A DNA stretch of 64,000 nt from contig CAVXZB010000023.1 of NCBI GenBank assembly GCA_963765895.1, positions 128,001 through 192,000 on the forward strand, read 5' to 3'. Both the position numbers and the translations under genes were made by a program. Under the pieces are notes generated by a model. The model ran no database searches and was not told the DNA's origin. It was given only the letters and a program-made list of their open reading frames with translations. Source of the DNA: an uncultured Nitrososphaeraceae archaeon (GTDB lineage: Archaea; Thermoproteota; Nitrososphaeria; Nitrososphaerales; Nitrososphaeraceae). This document shows positions 45,227-58,084 of the stretch, piece by piece. Position 1 is the stretch's first letter; every line of letters begins with the position of its first letter.

Positions 45227-47440
45227 TTGATATCCAATTAGTTGATATGCTATTATATTATATAAGTCTTATTTGAATGCATCGTTTGACTGTTATTGAT
45301 AAATGAAAGAAAGGCATAGAAGCTTTTTTAATATCACTTCAGAACAATATAAATTTGCATCTTTATAGTTAAATAACCTTAATAACATTAACATTCTTTG
45401 GACAGAGTGAAGAATTCAAAAATATATAATAGAATAAGTATAGAATCTGCAATTACAGACGATGGGTATAAAAAGATTGTCGCACTAATTCGAAAATAGA
45501 ATTAAAAGATGAAAAATGTGCCAAACAATTGATTGCTCTGACGGAATTTCTATTGATGCATACCTCTCAACCAAGATGTAAGTTATCACTATATCTACGA
45601 CAAATAAGGAAGATTAAATTGCATGTTACTACAGATAGAAAGAATAAGATCCGAAATAGTGATACCAATAGTAATAACAATGGTACTGTTGATGAGCCTA
45701 AAGTGCTATATGGCTGCTTCGTTGAGTTGGTAAATACTCTCGGAAAGATAAAATGTGCCGAGAAAACAGTTGAAAAGGCCAGATTCTAAACAGCTATTGA
45801 TTGTTCCTAGTCATAACACAAATAATTTATAATGATAATAGCCTCGATTGAGTAACTACCGACAAAAGGGCTTCTCAACATAGGCTTCCTTTTTCATATA
45901 CTAATACCTTTCGTCTGTTGTAATGTGTTGTATGCAAAGGGTAGCTCGATGAATTTATCACCCTTTGAAATACTGGCACATATATTGAAGTCTCATATAT
46001 AGGCACTAGAGAAAAGGATAAAGACATCATCTTTCAGTAACCACATTTTCAGGCTGGGTGATTGGCAGACTAGCATTCATATCAATATATTCTTTTTTTT
46101 GGGCTTCTAATCTGTTCAGCTTATGAATGAGTAAGAGGTTATCAGGTGAAAATCCCAATACCTACATTCGAGTGCATAAAATCTTATGTTGTCAAATCGC
46201 CTAAAGATGTGTTAGGAGAAGACGATTTGTTAGTAGGTGTTACAGTATTCTCCAATATTCCTGAATCATACCTAGAAGCAGACAGAAAAACAACAATGAA
46301 ATTCTTATCACAGTATTATTTTCCAGTTCGATGAATATTGTACCTTTATACCATAGACTGGATCTTGCTAAGTCTGGTACGCTACTAAAGCAGGAAACGA
46401 TTACTGCCGCTTAGAATACATTAAATTATCTGATCAGCAATTTTTTGCGAATGATACCGGTCTTAAAAATGGCATAAAATATGTAAATGATATTGCTAGT
46501 AAATGTAGTCTACAGATCGTACTGAAATGGATAACAACATATCGACTACAATTTCTGCACGCCTATAATGCTATTATTTGATTATTTCTATTCTAAAGGA
46601 ATAGATAATTAATCCTTCCAAAATAACGGCTTAATATATTCTGCCATTGACGTAATATGTTTCTGATGATTAGTTACGGAATTCGAATTTAGTTCACATC
46701 TAAATTCAACTTGTTTACATAAATACCAATGATTACACTCATCACAATAGTGGACATGATCGGATTCATTCATATCCAGTCATTGCCAACAAGATTTCTA
46801 GAACTTTTAATTACACAATGGAGATATCCATGCTCAAATTGTATAGCGTCAAAGACTCCAAATGAGATTCTAAATATATAGATCAAATTAATAATTCAGA
46901 CTACAACAATGATTCCTATATTTATAATATTGCTTAACTATGTTAATCAGCATTAGAGAGATTTCATTATTGAGAACCTGTCTTAGACAGACAAAATATT
47001 GTAGTCTTGTTGGGACGCCATCAGCCGCAAAAATAAACGATTGTAGTTTGTTGGATAATAACATACAATTTTATTATAGTAAGCTTATTGAGTTTATAAG
47101 TTTATAAGTTATATAGTGAACATAATTAGCCTTAGTGGCAATACATGAGATAAGAGACGTTTGACATCGTAGCGCCTGGTAAAAACATATCCAAATATCC
47201 ACGCTACCATATAGTTTTGCTAACTATGAATAGTCGAGAATATTGAAAATCATAGCGGATATGTGGATGTTTGTCAAACGGCCTGCTTGTATATAGCCCC
47301 AGTAGTTACTATTAACTCATAAAAAACTTGATTTATAGTATGACGAATTCCATGATTAAACATAGGTCGGTAATCAGTACATCGTATGTTGCAGATCCAG
47401 AAGTTTTCTGTGAACAAATGCCGGCAAATATAATTCGTTG

Positions 47441-47690
47441 TCATAATTGAAGCAGAATAACTGATGGATTTTCTCTTAGACATCTGTTCTTATTGGAAGT
47501 GGGATTTTTATTTCCTGTGGCAAGTGCAAACTGCTCATTCCTCCTGTCTGGCGGTTGACTATGAAGTTCTGGATGTATGTAATAGCCTCGCTCATTATCT
47601 GATATATCTTTTTCAACTCCAATCCTGTGAGCATTTGCCCAAGGATCCTTATGAATATCGGTAACCTGCCAGGAGACTTTAATACAGAAG
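47441..47690 (-). pseudogene. C-terminal remnant of a tail-fibre-like/surface protein domain
   Basis: Manual translation KVSWQVTDIHKDPWANAHRIGVEKDISDNERGYYIHPELHSQP, matching the recurring KVSWQVTGIRxDP...YLHPELY terminus; no start or N-terminal part. Confidence 0.55.
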
Positions 47691-48109
47691 TTAAAGTTTA
47701 CTCTCCACTTGACTCTATTAGTCTAATAGATTTATTATACTGTAGTAACGTGTCAGGATTTGATACATGGGAACGAATGTATATTGTCTTTTTTGCAATG
47801 CTATGGCGACGCTCAAGCCAACCAAGACAGGTCTATAATGCAAGATGCAATAATGTAGTGCACTTGTATTCGCGAATGGAATGACATCACAGCAAAGAAT
47901 TCAGAGTTCCGAAATTTCGGAGTTACACCTCTACGTGACATATGAGGTAAAACAGAAAACGTACGGTAGTCTTGTCTTTTTTATAAGTAATATCGATCTG
48001 ATATTATAATCATGTTGTCTCACATATACTGATTTTGTATTGTATGGTTGTCGGATCTGAATCGTATCTCTTATAGAGAACTTAATGAGATAAAGTTTCC
48101 AATTTAAAT

Positions 48110-48530
48110 ACATGATACGCACTTTGGAGGGCTTTGGCATTAACCGTTCTGCTCGCCGTGAACGACTTCCGAATCTTTGTAAACTCTAAAGAATGGCCGA
48201 GTTCATGCGGGTGATAGATAAGTCCGCTAGGAATATTCCGGGAGAGCACGTGATAGGGATAGCCCCTTCGTGAACGAGTACAAGGAAGGGAAAATCAGAC
48301 GCGGCGATAAGATTCTTGGGGGTGCTTTGCATTGGGGCCATGTAAAGTGGAGCACGTATTCGTCTAGGCACGCCGAAGGATGCCAGCCTTTCCGGCGGGC
48401 AATGTCGACGTGGACATCGAGATGTTCGGGAGTTCGGGGTTCTCGATGCTCATAATGCACAACGACGTGGAATGCGAGTTCGCGTATACGAAGGTAGTCG
48501 AAGATCAGTAGTGTCAGCACGAGAGAAGGG
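48110..48530 (+). pseudogene. GC-rich degraded coding fragment of unknown family
   Basis: Visibly higher GC than the flanks, GC3-rich codons, several frame breaks. Confidence 0.4.
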
Positions 48531-48859
48531 ATGGACGCTAGTCAGTATGAGGAAACGATTGAAACACTGTGTTCTCAATGACCCCGGTACAGACTGGCTT
48601 CGCATCTCCTGCCATCGACATCTTCAATTCTCTCGGATGCCAATACAGCCCTTGATGCCCGCAGAAGGATTATCTAACTGCCGGATCTCAAGCCTTCCCT
48701 TATACAATGAGGTTATTTATGATTCCACTTCAACTAAAAGGTCTTTTTACGGTAACAAAACCTTCTATTAAGGCAAGGAACGACACGGAAAAAGGTAAAA
48801 TAAGCAGTCCGTCATCAAAAACAATGAGATTATTACAAGCCAATGGGACAATTGTCAAA

Positions 48860-49175
48860 GAATGCCCTTAAGTACGTAAGTAATTGCAGATCTTCAATGC
48901 TACTCGCGCATGGACCGGAGTTCCTGTTATGTAGGAGATAAGGTATATCCAGAAAGACTTACTACAAGCGGAATAACAGATACAAACAGAAAGGAATTGA
49001 AGGTTTATCAGATACCTCAAGAAGACCCTGTAATATCATCTACAAGAAGATAACACCAGAACTAAAAGAGATATCCTTGATCTACGATTAACCAAAAGAT
49101 TTGGATGTAATAGGATCAGGTTCAGATTAAGAAAGATTGTTGGAATCTCGCTAAATACCAGAACCAGACTGAGAA
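48860..49175 (+). mobile_element. IS481-like transposase N-terminal remnant
   Basis: GISRKTYYKRNNRYKQKGIEGLSDTSRRP...ITPELKE/ILDLRLTKRFGCNRI HTH pattern with stops and shifts; no DDE domain. Confidence 0.7.
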
Positions 49176-49177
49176 TA

Positions 49178-49450
49178 CCCATCATTAAGGATCTTCATTG
49201 ATGATGCCTTATCAGAATTTTTTTTATGATCTGGGAATTTTCTTCAGTTATCAGGCAAATAAATTTTATTGATGCATTCTTGTTGGAAGCTCTTAAATAA
49301 TCCACAGTTCCCAGTTTACCAGATCTTACCAAAGCCATACTATTAGGAAAGAGCAATAGGCCTTCGTTTTCTATCGATCGTGCAAGGTCAACATAAACAT
49401 CCCTTGCTTTTTTAGCATCTTGAATAACTTCAAGAAACTCCGATTCAATA
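49178..49450 (-). pseudogene. Internal fragment of a sensor histidine kinase
   Basis: EFLEVIQDAKKARDVYVDLARSIENEGLLLFPNSMALVR..KLG resembles TEVLQDPQITKETFVDMIKSAENEVLLFCPTANAFLR..RIG of the HK at 55.9 kb. Confidence 0.65.
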
Positions 49451-49522
49451 CATTTCTGGATTTCTGTTCATGCTCTGCAAACAAGTGGCCTTCACCACCT
49501 ATGTTTCAGATTCCGGTATCTG

Positions 49523-49675
49523 TTAAGTTCGTACTAATACCATTTTTACTTGCTTGTACATGCATGGCTTTATGGATTTGTCGTGTATCTTGCAGGCCGT
49601 AAAGTGCCACGCTGCTTCAAGTGCAAGGAAAACGGTTACAAAGCCGAGACTGAAGTATGCTATATTTTCTAACAT
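49523..49675 (-). CDS. Small single-TM protein (50 aa)
   Basis: MLENIAYFSLGFVTVFLALEAAWHFTACKIHDKSIKPCMYKQVKMVLVRT; TATA-like CTTATATT about 25 nt upstream of the ATG at 49675. Confidence 0.6.
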   Translation of the reverse strand: MLENIAYFSLGFVTVFLALEAAWHFTACKIHDKSIKPCMYKQVKMVLVRT

Positions 49676-50393
49676 CTCTAGTTTAAGAGGCTTAAAGAAT
49701 ATAAGGCTATTGGACATAATATTTAACAATTGATAAGTATTATATTTGCATTAGTCCAATATTCTAAATTATTAATACACAAACGTTCTGTACACCATAC
49801 ATATGTAAGCACTATTACATGATTCTACTAACGGAGAGCTGAGTAATTCTATCACGAGTGAACTTTTCTGTAATTACTGAGAAGTTGGTTTCATATTACT
49901 CGAAATTAGTTCCTTATTTAGGATCGACTATGATTCTATAAGTTTCAGGTGGCAATATAACACGTAATATAGCTTAACTTTTGGATCAGGGTCTTTATTA
50001 ATTATCAATTAAACCATCTTGATATTGGCTTGATTCGATTAACTTTAACAGACGCGACTTTATTAGGTATGATTATTTAGAATAATTAACATTTGTTAGT
50101 CCCAAGTCTTAATTACTGTTTAAACGTAACATATTTTTAACATGGACTTTATATTTATCTTTTTATATGAGATTATTAATGTATCAAAATTTAAGTCTGC
50201 GTGTTTATACTCCAGAATCATATCGATTCATTATCAGTAATTTTGTACTCAGGCCAGTTTGGCGCTATATGATAAGGAGTATTTATAATGATACCTCAAT
50301 AGCATATCATATAAGCATACTAAAAAGAAAATTGCTAGGTGAGAACAGTAACTGTAGTAACCTAAAACAGAATAAAGAGGTAGCGGTTGTTAG

Positions 50394-51335
50394 GTGAACT
50401 ATATGCAATCTATTCACGCTAAGAACAAGAGCAGAAACGAATTGCTAGTAACGTTAAAAGGGCTAAAATATGGTGCGTTCGCTGGTTTAATTGCAACTTT
50501 ACTCATATCATTGGCCGTTGCGATAGCTGAAATAGCATCTGGTTTGCGTATGGGTACATTTTATTCAATTATTGGCATCACCTTGGGTTTGAACAATGTT
50601 GTAAATGCTGGATATTTAGGATTTGGTCTTCATTTAGTAATTGGCACACTGATAGGAACTGTACTCTGGGGGATCGGAATCAGATGGAGGAAAATACGCC
50701 TTCTTATTCCAGTAAAAAGTTCATTGCTCGGAATAGCAGCAGGCATTATTGTATGGTTAATATTATTTCTCCCAATAACATCCCTTTTAATACAGCCTTC
50801 CATTCAGCGCATAGTTGTAATTTTAGCAATTGCATGGCAAAAGACCATATTGGCTGACCAGCTGAGCCATTCAATAATAAACATTGCGCTTATGGCTATA
50901 GTATTCCACCTTGTATGGGGCGCAATATATGGTTATGCAATGAGCTCGTTACTAAGAATTAGAGTGTATAAAATAAGACAACATTACAAAGATATTATGA
51001 ATATCGACCCGAGGATACGGTTAGTAACGATATGCGATGCAAATGGCAGTATAATTTTTTATCGTCATCGTGAAGGTGTACAGAATTTACTGAGCAAAGA
51101 AGAAAGTAAAAAATCTCTCGAAATGGCTATGGTCGCTTGGAAAGTACGGGATGGATTTTCAGACAAGATCGGTAGGGGAATGTATGTATTGGCCGAATAT
51201 GAAAAAGTTAAACGTATTACTATGCCTTTTGGTGAGGATCTTCTACTCTATTTAACTGCTGAGGTCGGTGCTGATCACTCAATTATCTATAATAGAATCC
51301 GTAGTTTAGAGGCTGGTTTAAAATATTGGAATTGA
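50394..51335 (+). CDS. Membrane protein with C-terminal DUF6659-like (roadblock/profilin-like) domain
   Basis: Four to five TM helices with LHL and FHL His residues, then IDPRIRLVTICDANG...REG...KIGRGMYVLAEYEKVKRITMP. Confidence 0.75.
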   Translation: MNYMQSIHAKNKSRNELLVTLKGLKYGAFAGLIATLLISLAVAIAEIASGLRMGTFYSIIGITLGLNNVVNAGYLGFGLHLVIGTLIGTVLWGIGIRWRKIRLLIPVKSSLLGIAAGIIVWLILFLPITSLLIQPSIQRIVVILAIAWQKTILADQLSHSIINIALMAIVFHLVWGAIYGYAMSSLLRIRVYKIRQHYKDIMNIDPRIRLVTICDANGSIIFYRHREGVQNLLSKEESKKSLEMAMVAWKVRDGFSDKIGRGMYVLAEYEKVKRITMPFGEDLLLYLTAEVGADHSIIYNRIRSLEAGLKYWN

Positions 51336-53108
51336 ATATGCTGACAATAATACTTTACTGTTTCTCTTTATGATACGGACTTTATAATTAATAGCTTTCA
51401 TGAATTAGATCTGAGAGATGACATCCGGACTATCTGTAGAAAAATCTAGGATTTTGAGTCTAAATGGATCAGCTCACCAGCTCTGATCCGGGTTTGAATT
51501 TGAATTGTACTGTGATGGTAGGGATTGAAAGGCGAATGAGTTTTCCTCCATTAGTCGTCGAATGTTTGTTTGGATTGGCCTGTTGTTGCTAGTATTAGTA
51601 TTACTATCTCTTAATTTCAGGTTAAACTATCATTAATAGGGTTCGGAAGCAATTTAGTTGTTCAGTAACTGAGGATTTCATCCTTCCTTAATTGCTATAT
51701 ATTAATTCAATGCTAATTATCTGCTACTTTTCGACCCTGTAGAAACCATGCTAATCTTGGGTCTGTTTCTTGTTATCTGATCGATGAGCCACCAGATGGT
51801 CTGATAATTATGCTATCCAGTATGTTTACTGAGATGTCTGTGATTGATTTGTTTTCCATAATTTTAGCCTGTATATCCATATCCCTCCTTTCTTAATTCT
51901 TATAGTTTTGTACCTTTTTCCGAATTCTAAATATGCAATAAATAAATAGATTACAAGTTAGATACTGGTGAGGGTTGGCTGGAATTATCAGTCCTTCTGA
52001 TACAATTGTCTAGTACCGATTTATTCCAGAAGTGATGACCTTAAAGGAGAATAGGCCTACAGGCCAACCTTCATCGCATCATGTCAGTGAAAATATCGAA
52101 CTGACAGTTTAAAACGAGGGGGATTACAATTATACACTCACCCGTTAACTATACTGTATAATTTGATATATTAAACTAAATCATAGAAGATAAATTCTGA
52201 GTCATTTATTCATCATCCACTACCATAAATATGAATATTAATGGATAAGTTCATACTTCGATAAAGACCATTCAACTTGAACTCAATTATCAACTTAATA
52301 TACACACTGATTTAACAAGCCTTGAATGCCCTATTCTGGATTCTATAACGAAGGCTATATCTGTCACTGGTCGTTTTTACAGTTACATATTTCGTGAGTC
52401 GTCAAAATGTGCACAATACTTCTAACTTAGCGTTCACATATATTCTCAATTGATATCTATATTAAACTTCACTGTATAAGGTCGACCTGTGAAAACAATA
52501 AGTAGACTGTAATCGCTGCAGTAGATATACAGGATGAGCAATCTCAGGGCTACGTAAGATGAGTTGATGGTGTAGCCCCAAAGCGATTTACAAGAACGAA
52601 GCAGGTTTGCAAACAGCTTCTGGGGGTTCCAACCAACATTCATCATTGCCGGCTGTTATTTAAAAAACCAGGAACACCTATTGAGGAGGGAGAGGGCTGG
52701 ATACATAAGCAAGAAATGTTTTGTTCTCTTAGCAGAAGTGAACAGATAACATCTTGAGATAAGAAATATAATGCAGATATGTACGTGAATAGAAAATTAG
52801 CCAATTTAGCCCTATAGATCAAGATATATTGGATGGAACAAATATTGAAAATTCGTGGTTACGCTCTGCTCGCGTAATTCAAGAGATTTAGCGGAAACAT
52901 GCAGCTTGCTAGATGGGGAGGTATATGCAGAAGAGTGGGAATTGCCTTAAACTACTTCAAAAACGAAACAGCAGTGTGCTGTGCAAAATTGGGAAGGAAA
53001 ACACTATCACGGTGGTCAAGATCTCAATCCTTTGAGCCATTTGGTGATCTGTCTCTTGGGAGATCTAAGCTACCTAACTATAACTGTTAACTTTGGATGC
53101 CGCGAGAC

Positions 53109-53975
53109 CTACTTCGAAAAGTTTTTCATAATCATTTTTCGAAACTCTTTATCAGGCATGTTTTCCCTTGCATGTATTAAATTAGCGGCATCATCTCCTA
53201 CGGAATATCTTAGTTGCGGATTTTCTGATGTTACAGCTTGTAGTATAACTTTAGCCACCTCTTCCGGAGAAGATGATGATTCATTTTCCATCATTGACTT
53301 AAAGTTGTCATTTAGGTTTTGACTGAGCGAAAAATATGGGGATTTTGGGTCTAAAGCTTTTTTTGCAGAACTGCTGGAATTCAATATGTTAGTTCTGATG
53401 ACACCGGGTTCAATTATAACTACTCTAATTCCGAATGGCTCAAGTTCAAATGCGATAGATTCGCTTAAGCCTTCCAATGCAAACTTCGTACTGTGATATG
53501 CAGATAAAGCTGGAAGACCTATCCGCCCTCCAACTGAACTCACATTTACAATTGTGCCTGAATTCTGCCTCCTCATGAGAGGTAGAACTTGTTGTGTTAC
53601 ACGTACTACACCAAAAAAGTTCGTTTCAAATTGTGCTTTTATTTCCTCTATTGATGTATCCTCAACCGATCCAAAAAGTCCATATCCCGCATTGTTTATT
53701 AGCACATCGATTCTCTGATCTGCTTTTATTATCTTGACTATTGCATCTTTGACAGATCCGTCATTGTTGACATCAAGTTGAACAACTTGTAATGGTAATT
53801 TTTCTTTTTTGGCAATTTCTGTTATATTTTTTGATTTCTCCAAGTTACGCATAGAAGCGTACGTATTAAATCCGGCCCTTGCTAGCATGAGTGAGGTTTC
53901 AAATCCTATACCGCTTGAACTACCCGTTACAAGAGCGACTTTTTCACCTTGCATATCCAGACTAACATAAAGCAT
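53109..53975 (-). CDS. Short-chain dehydrogenase/reductase
   Basis: TGSSSGIG, NNAG, YHSTK. Confidence 0.95.
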   Translation of the reverse strand: MLYVSLDMQGEKVALVTGSSSGIGFETSLMLARAGFNTYASMRNLEKSKNITEIAKKEKLPLQVVQLDVNNDGSVKDAIVKIIKADQRIDVLINNAGYGLFGSVEDTSIEEIKAQFETNFFGVVRVTQQVLPLMRRQNSGTIVNVSSVGGRIGLPALSAYHSTKFALEGLSESIAFELEPFGIRVVIIEPGVIRTNILNSSSSAKKALDPKSPYFSLSQNLNDNFKSMMENESSSSPEEVAKVILQAVTSENPQLRYSVGDDAANLIHARENMPDKEFRKMIMKNFSK

Positions 53976-54962
53976 GGGTATATACTTTGATAATCATGAT
54001 CTGACCCTAGGCAAATAGGAAAGTTTTGGGCAGATTATTGTTAGTTGCTTAACATTTTCGTGATGATTGGTATCTATCTTCAACCAATTATGTTTTTTGG
54101 TTCTTTCAGTTATAATGGAAGTTGCCGTTAATAGCCTACTAAATTATATGTATCCAAGTCTAGTATTTACTTTAATTCTTTTAACTTTTTTCCACCTGGA
54201 ATGAAATTGACTGAATCTCTAGCAAAATGGTGAAATTGTGGATACTGTCACCTCTAAAATTATTACAAATTGGCCTGCGAGTATCCAGTGTTATCACAAA
54301 TCAGTTTCATTTAATACTATCCTTCAAATTACAGGCTGACCGTTAATTTTTGTTATGTCTGCCATAATGCGTTTAGCTTTCCAGCATCTATTGTCTGTGG
54401 AAATAACACAACGGTGGTCGAAGATTATTATGTATTTTTCAAACCTGTGCTTGTTATAGATCATACAATAGATGCGGAATTGATATGAAAGCCCCTTCAG
54501 GCAAATTAACCGGTCGAATAGATAATTAGAGGTACAATTAGAGGTATACCCATTAGGCCTACATTAATTTGCCTGTGTAGTGTATAATTGCACCTCTGAG
54601 ATGATTGTTATTTATTATTATCTCTTATAGTATCAACGCTGTCTAACCAGATCTGTAAACTGACTGCGTCGTTATATAGCGGACCACGTCCTTATCATCA
54701 GAGCTAACAGCTGTATTTCAAAATTAAAGTCTTAGCTGATAATCAATATACTTACTTAACTGGGTAATTTTGTGAATTAAGGCGCCAAGATGGGGCTATA
54801 CAACCTCTCGCCTAGGGGCATCTAGATTCAGACCACTTACTAAATGGATAAGGCGCTAGCACTGTATTATTATACAGGCGCTACGATATACTATTATGAA
54901 GTATAAAGGTATTGTCTAATTCAACTTGGTAAGTCAGCACAGGCGCGCAGGATTACATTAGA

Positions 54963-55454
54963 ATGGCCGATATAACGCCTTGGAACCGCAACAAAAATTC
55001 TTCTAAAATTTCAAAAAGTGTTGACTCCATTTTTGACAAGCAAAAACAAAATGAATTTAAGCGCATAAATTTAGATAAACATCAATACAAAACTATTCTA
55101 ATTATTGATGACGAACCGGATATTCTCTATACTCTAAAATTAGCCTTGGAAAATAGCAACGAGAAATACCGAATCCATACATACAATAACCCCCTCTTGC
55201 TGTTATCTGAATTTAAATCAAATTATTATGATCTGCTTCTCGTTGACATTAATATGCCATTTATGAACGGATTTGAATTATCCAAAAAGATCTTGGAACT
55301 AGACCTCAATATCAGGATTTGTTTCATGTCTACTGGTGAGATAAATCTGTCTGCTCTTCGAGACGTTTATCCTGGAAGAAGCATGGGATGCTTCATAAAA
55401 AAACCCATCAAGATAAAGAATCTGATAAGGCTTGTGGAAACAGAATTAGATTGA
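54963..55454 (+). CDS. Stand-alone response regulator receiver
   Basis: ILIIDDE, VDINMPFMNG, IKKP. Confidence 0.92.
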   Translation: MADITPWNRNKNSSKISKSVDSIFDKQKQNEFKRINLDKHQYKTILIIDDEPDILYTLKLALENSNEKYRIHTYNNPLLLLSEFKSNYYDLLLVDINMPFMNGFELSKKILELDLNIRICFMSTGEINLSALRDVYPGRSMGCFIKKPIKIKNLIRLVETELD

Positions 55455-55535
55455 GAACAAAGCGAAGGTTTAGTATTACCAAGCGTAAGTTACTGTCATT
55501 TATGTTTACAAAGAGTATTCAAATATTTTTATACA

Positions 55536-57466
55536 ATGAATGGAGTAGGAATTCCTATACATAAAATGGCCCCACTGACCACCGCTGCAGGAGAACGGGA
55601 TGCTGAGAACAAAAAGGTCGATATGGATGTTACACGAGTTTTTTATGGCGAAGAGGCCACCAGCAAGTCTTTGGAAGTTTTTTATAACGTCAAGGAAAAA
55701 TTTGATGCATGTGGAGATTCTATCTCACCGTCCGTTTGCATAGGCTTTGAACCGCTAAAGAAGGCATATCTTGACTTTAAACGAAGAGGAGTCAGGGTAC
55801 GTTTTGTTGCCGACATTAATACGATCAACGTACATTACTGTAAAGAGCTCTTGAATATTGTAACTGAGTACGACATTTAGACGGAATCATGGGCAACTTT
55901 GGAATTTGTGATGGTAGGGAGTATCTTGCTGCTGCAACTATAAAAGAGAAACAAGCGGTTCCTCAACTCATTTACAGTAATGTGAAGGAAGTAATAGAGC
56001 AACAGCAAAATATATTTGAAAGTTTCTGGCATAGGGCCACCCCAGCTGAGGAAAAAATTGCCGAAATAGAAGAAGGTATAGTTGTGGGTACAACAGAAGT
56101 ACTTCAAGATCCACAAATTACAAAAGAAACATTCGTAGATATGATAAAATCCGCCGAAAATGAAGTCTTATTGTTCTGTCCCACAGCCAATGCATTTCTT
56201 CGTGAACAACGCATTGGGATAATCGACCAAATGATCGAAGCGGCTACAACGAGAGGAAATTCCGTAAAGGCAAGGATCATAGTACCTACCAGCGATATTC
56301 TTGATACTATAATTGACCAGTTAAGAAAAATGAAATACAGTAATTTTGATATTCAATGTATAGATTATAGTGAATTTGCTGCAAGCGCAGTTACCACTAT
56401 AACTATTCTAGTAATCGATAGAAAATCAAGCTTGGTAATTGAAAAGCGAGATGATTCTAAAGAAAATTTTGTTGAAGCCATTGGCTTAGCTATTTTTTCC
56501 ACGAGCAATCCAACTGTCCTGTCGTATGTTTCAATATTTGAAAGTTTATGGAATCAAGTAAAAGTCTATGAACAATTAAAGTTGAATGATAAAATGCGGA
56601 AGGATTTCATTAATGTAGCAGCCCATGAGCTGCGAACTCCGATCGTGCCAATACTTGGTCTGTCTGAGATCCTATACTCCAAAATAATAAAGGATAGTAA
56701 TATATCTACAAATGATGATGCTGCGAAATCAAATACGAAACGATATTTAGAAATGTTAGACACGGTAATCAGGAATGCCAACCGTCTAAGTAGACTTACA
56801 GAAGACATACTCGATGTAACGAAAATAGAAAGCCAGGCTCTTAGACTGAAAAAAGAAAGATTTGATTTAGACGATGTCATTGTAAATATAGTTCAAGATT
56901 TTAAGGATCAGATAAAGAATATGAATACGAGCAGCATCAGGAGAGAGATACTGTACGAATCGCTAAAAAGCAATAACAAGGATAGATGTGCTTTTATTGA
57001 TGCCGACAAATCTAGGATATCTCAGGTGCTGTCCAATCTTATAAGCAATGCGATCAAGTTTACAGATGATAAAGGAAGAATTAATATCAAATTGGACATT
57101 GTAAATGATCAGGCGAAATTCAGAAACGGAACAACTAAAGAAACAAGTAAAGAAATTGAAAAAGATGGTAACAGAATTCTTATCGTGACAGTAGAGGATA
57201 ACGGACAAGGTATCGATCCCGAGGTATTTTCTAAATTATTTGTAAGGTTTGTCTCAAAATCATATCAAGGAACAGGACTAGGTTTGTTTATTTCGAAGAG
57301 TATTGTTGAGGCACATGGCGGGAAAATATGGGCAAAAAATAATATTAATGGTTCTGGAGGTGCAGCGTTCTCATTTACGATCCCAGCTTCTAGTATCGGA
57401 AAAAATTCTTTTCAGGAGGATCAGCTGCAAAAATTTTTACTTGAGCAGCAACAAGAACGAAAATAA
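55536..57466 (+). CDS. Cytoplasmic sensor histidine kinase (frameshift near 55868)
   Basis: AAHELRTP H-box, NLISNAIKF, DNGQGI, GTGLGL. ORF 55536..55880 joins via VTE/RHLDGIMGNF. Confidence 0.92.
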
Positions 57467-57483
57467 CATTAGGTAAATTCATT

Positions 57484-57894
57484 ATGACTTCCAAAGATAA
57501 GGATACTAAGAGAAGGAGAAGAAGAAGTAACATGATCCTTGTAGTTGATGATGAACCTGACGCCAATATGACTCTGAGGACCCTTTTAGAAGAGAACGGT
57601 TTCGAAACCAATGCTTACACCGATCCTGTGTTAGCATTACAGGATTTTAGACCTGGCAAATTTGATCTTTTACTCTTGGATATTAAGATGCCTAAAATAG
57701 GCGGATTTGAATTATACCAGAAAATGAAAGAGATCGATAAAGAAGTCAAAGTCTGCTTTGTGACGGCCAGTGAATTATTTTATGAGGAATTTAGAGATAA
57801 TCGAGAAATAGACGAAAAATATTTCATTCTCAAACCTATGAAAAATGAAGAAATGATGAAACGATTCAACAATATATTAGATGAATACGAGTAG
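57484..57894 (+). CDS. Stand-alone response regulator receiver
   Basis: ILVVDDE, LDIKMP, VTA, LKP. Confidence 0.93.
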   Translation: MTSKDKDTKRRRRRSNMILVVDDEPDANMTLRTLLEENGFETNAYTDPVLALQDFRPGKFDLLLLDIKMPKIGGFELYQKMKEIDKEVKVCFVTASELFYEEFRDNREIDEKYFILKPMKNEEMMKRFNNILDEYE

Positions 57895-58084
57895 ATCTAT
57901 TAAAATAGTATTGTATCATACATCATTAAAAGGTATTTTTACAATAGCTTGCTCAGATTAACTAGAAATTGACCACGGAACTAACCGATATAAGCATAAT
58001 AAAACATTTAGCCATATTAATAACAAAAACGCTCGCTGGCTTTATAGAAAATATCCTCAATATTATAAGATTAGTCAATCTATG

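Noticed and set aside
48110-48530. GC-rich stretch as tRNA/rRNA/RNase P/SRP RNA
   Set aside because: No recognisable conserved RNA motifs; shows codon-like GC3 periodicity.
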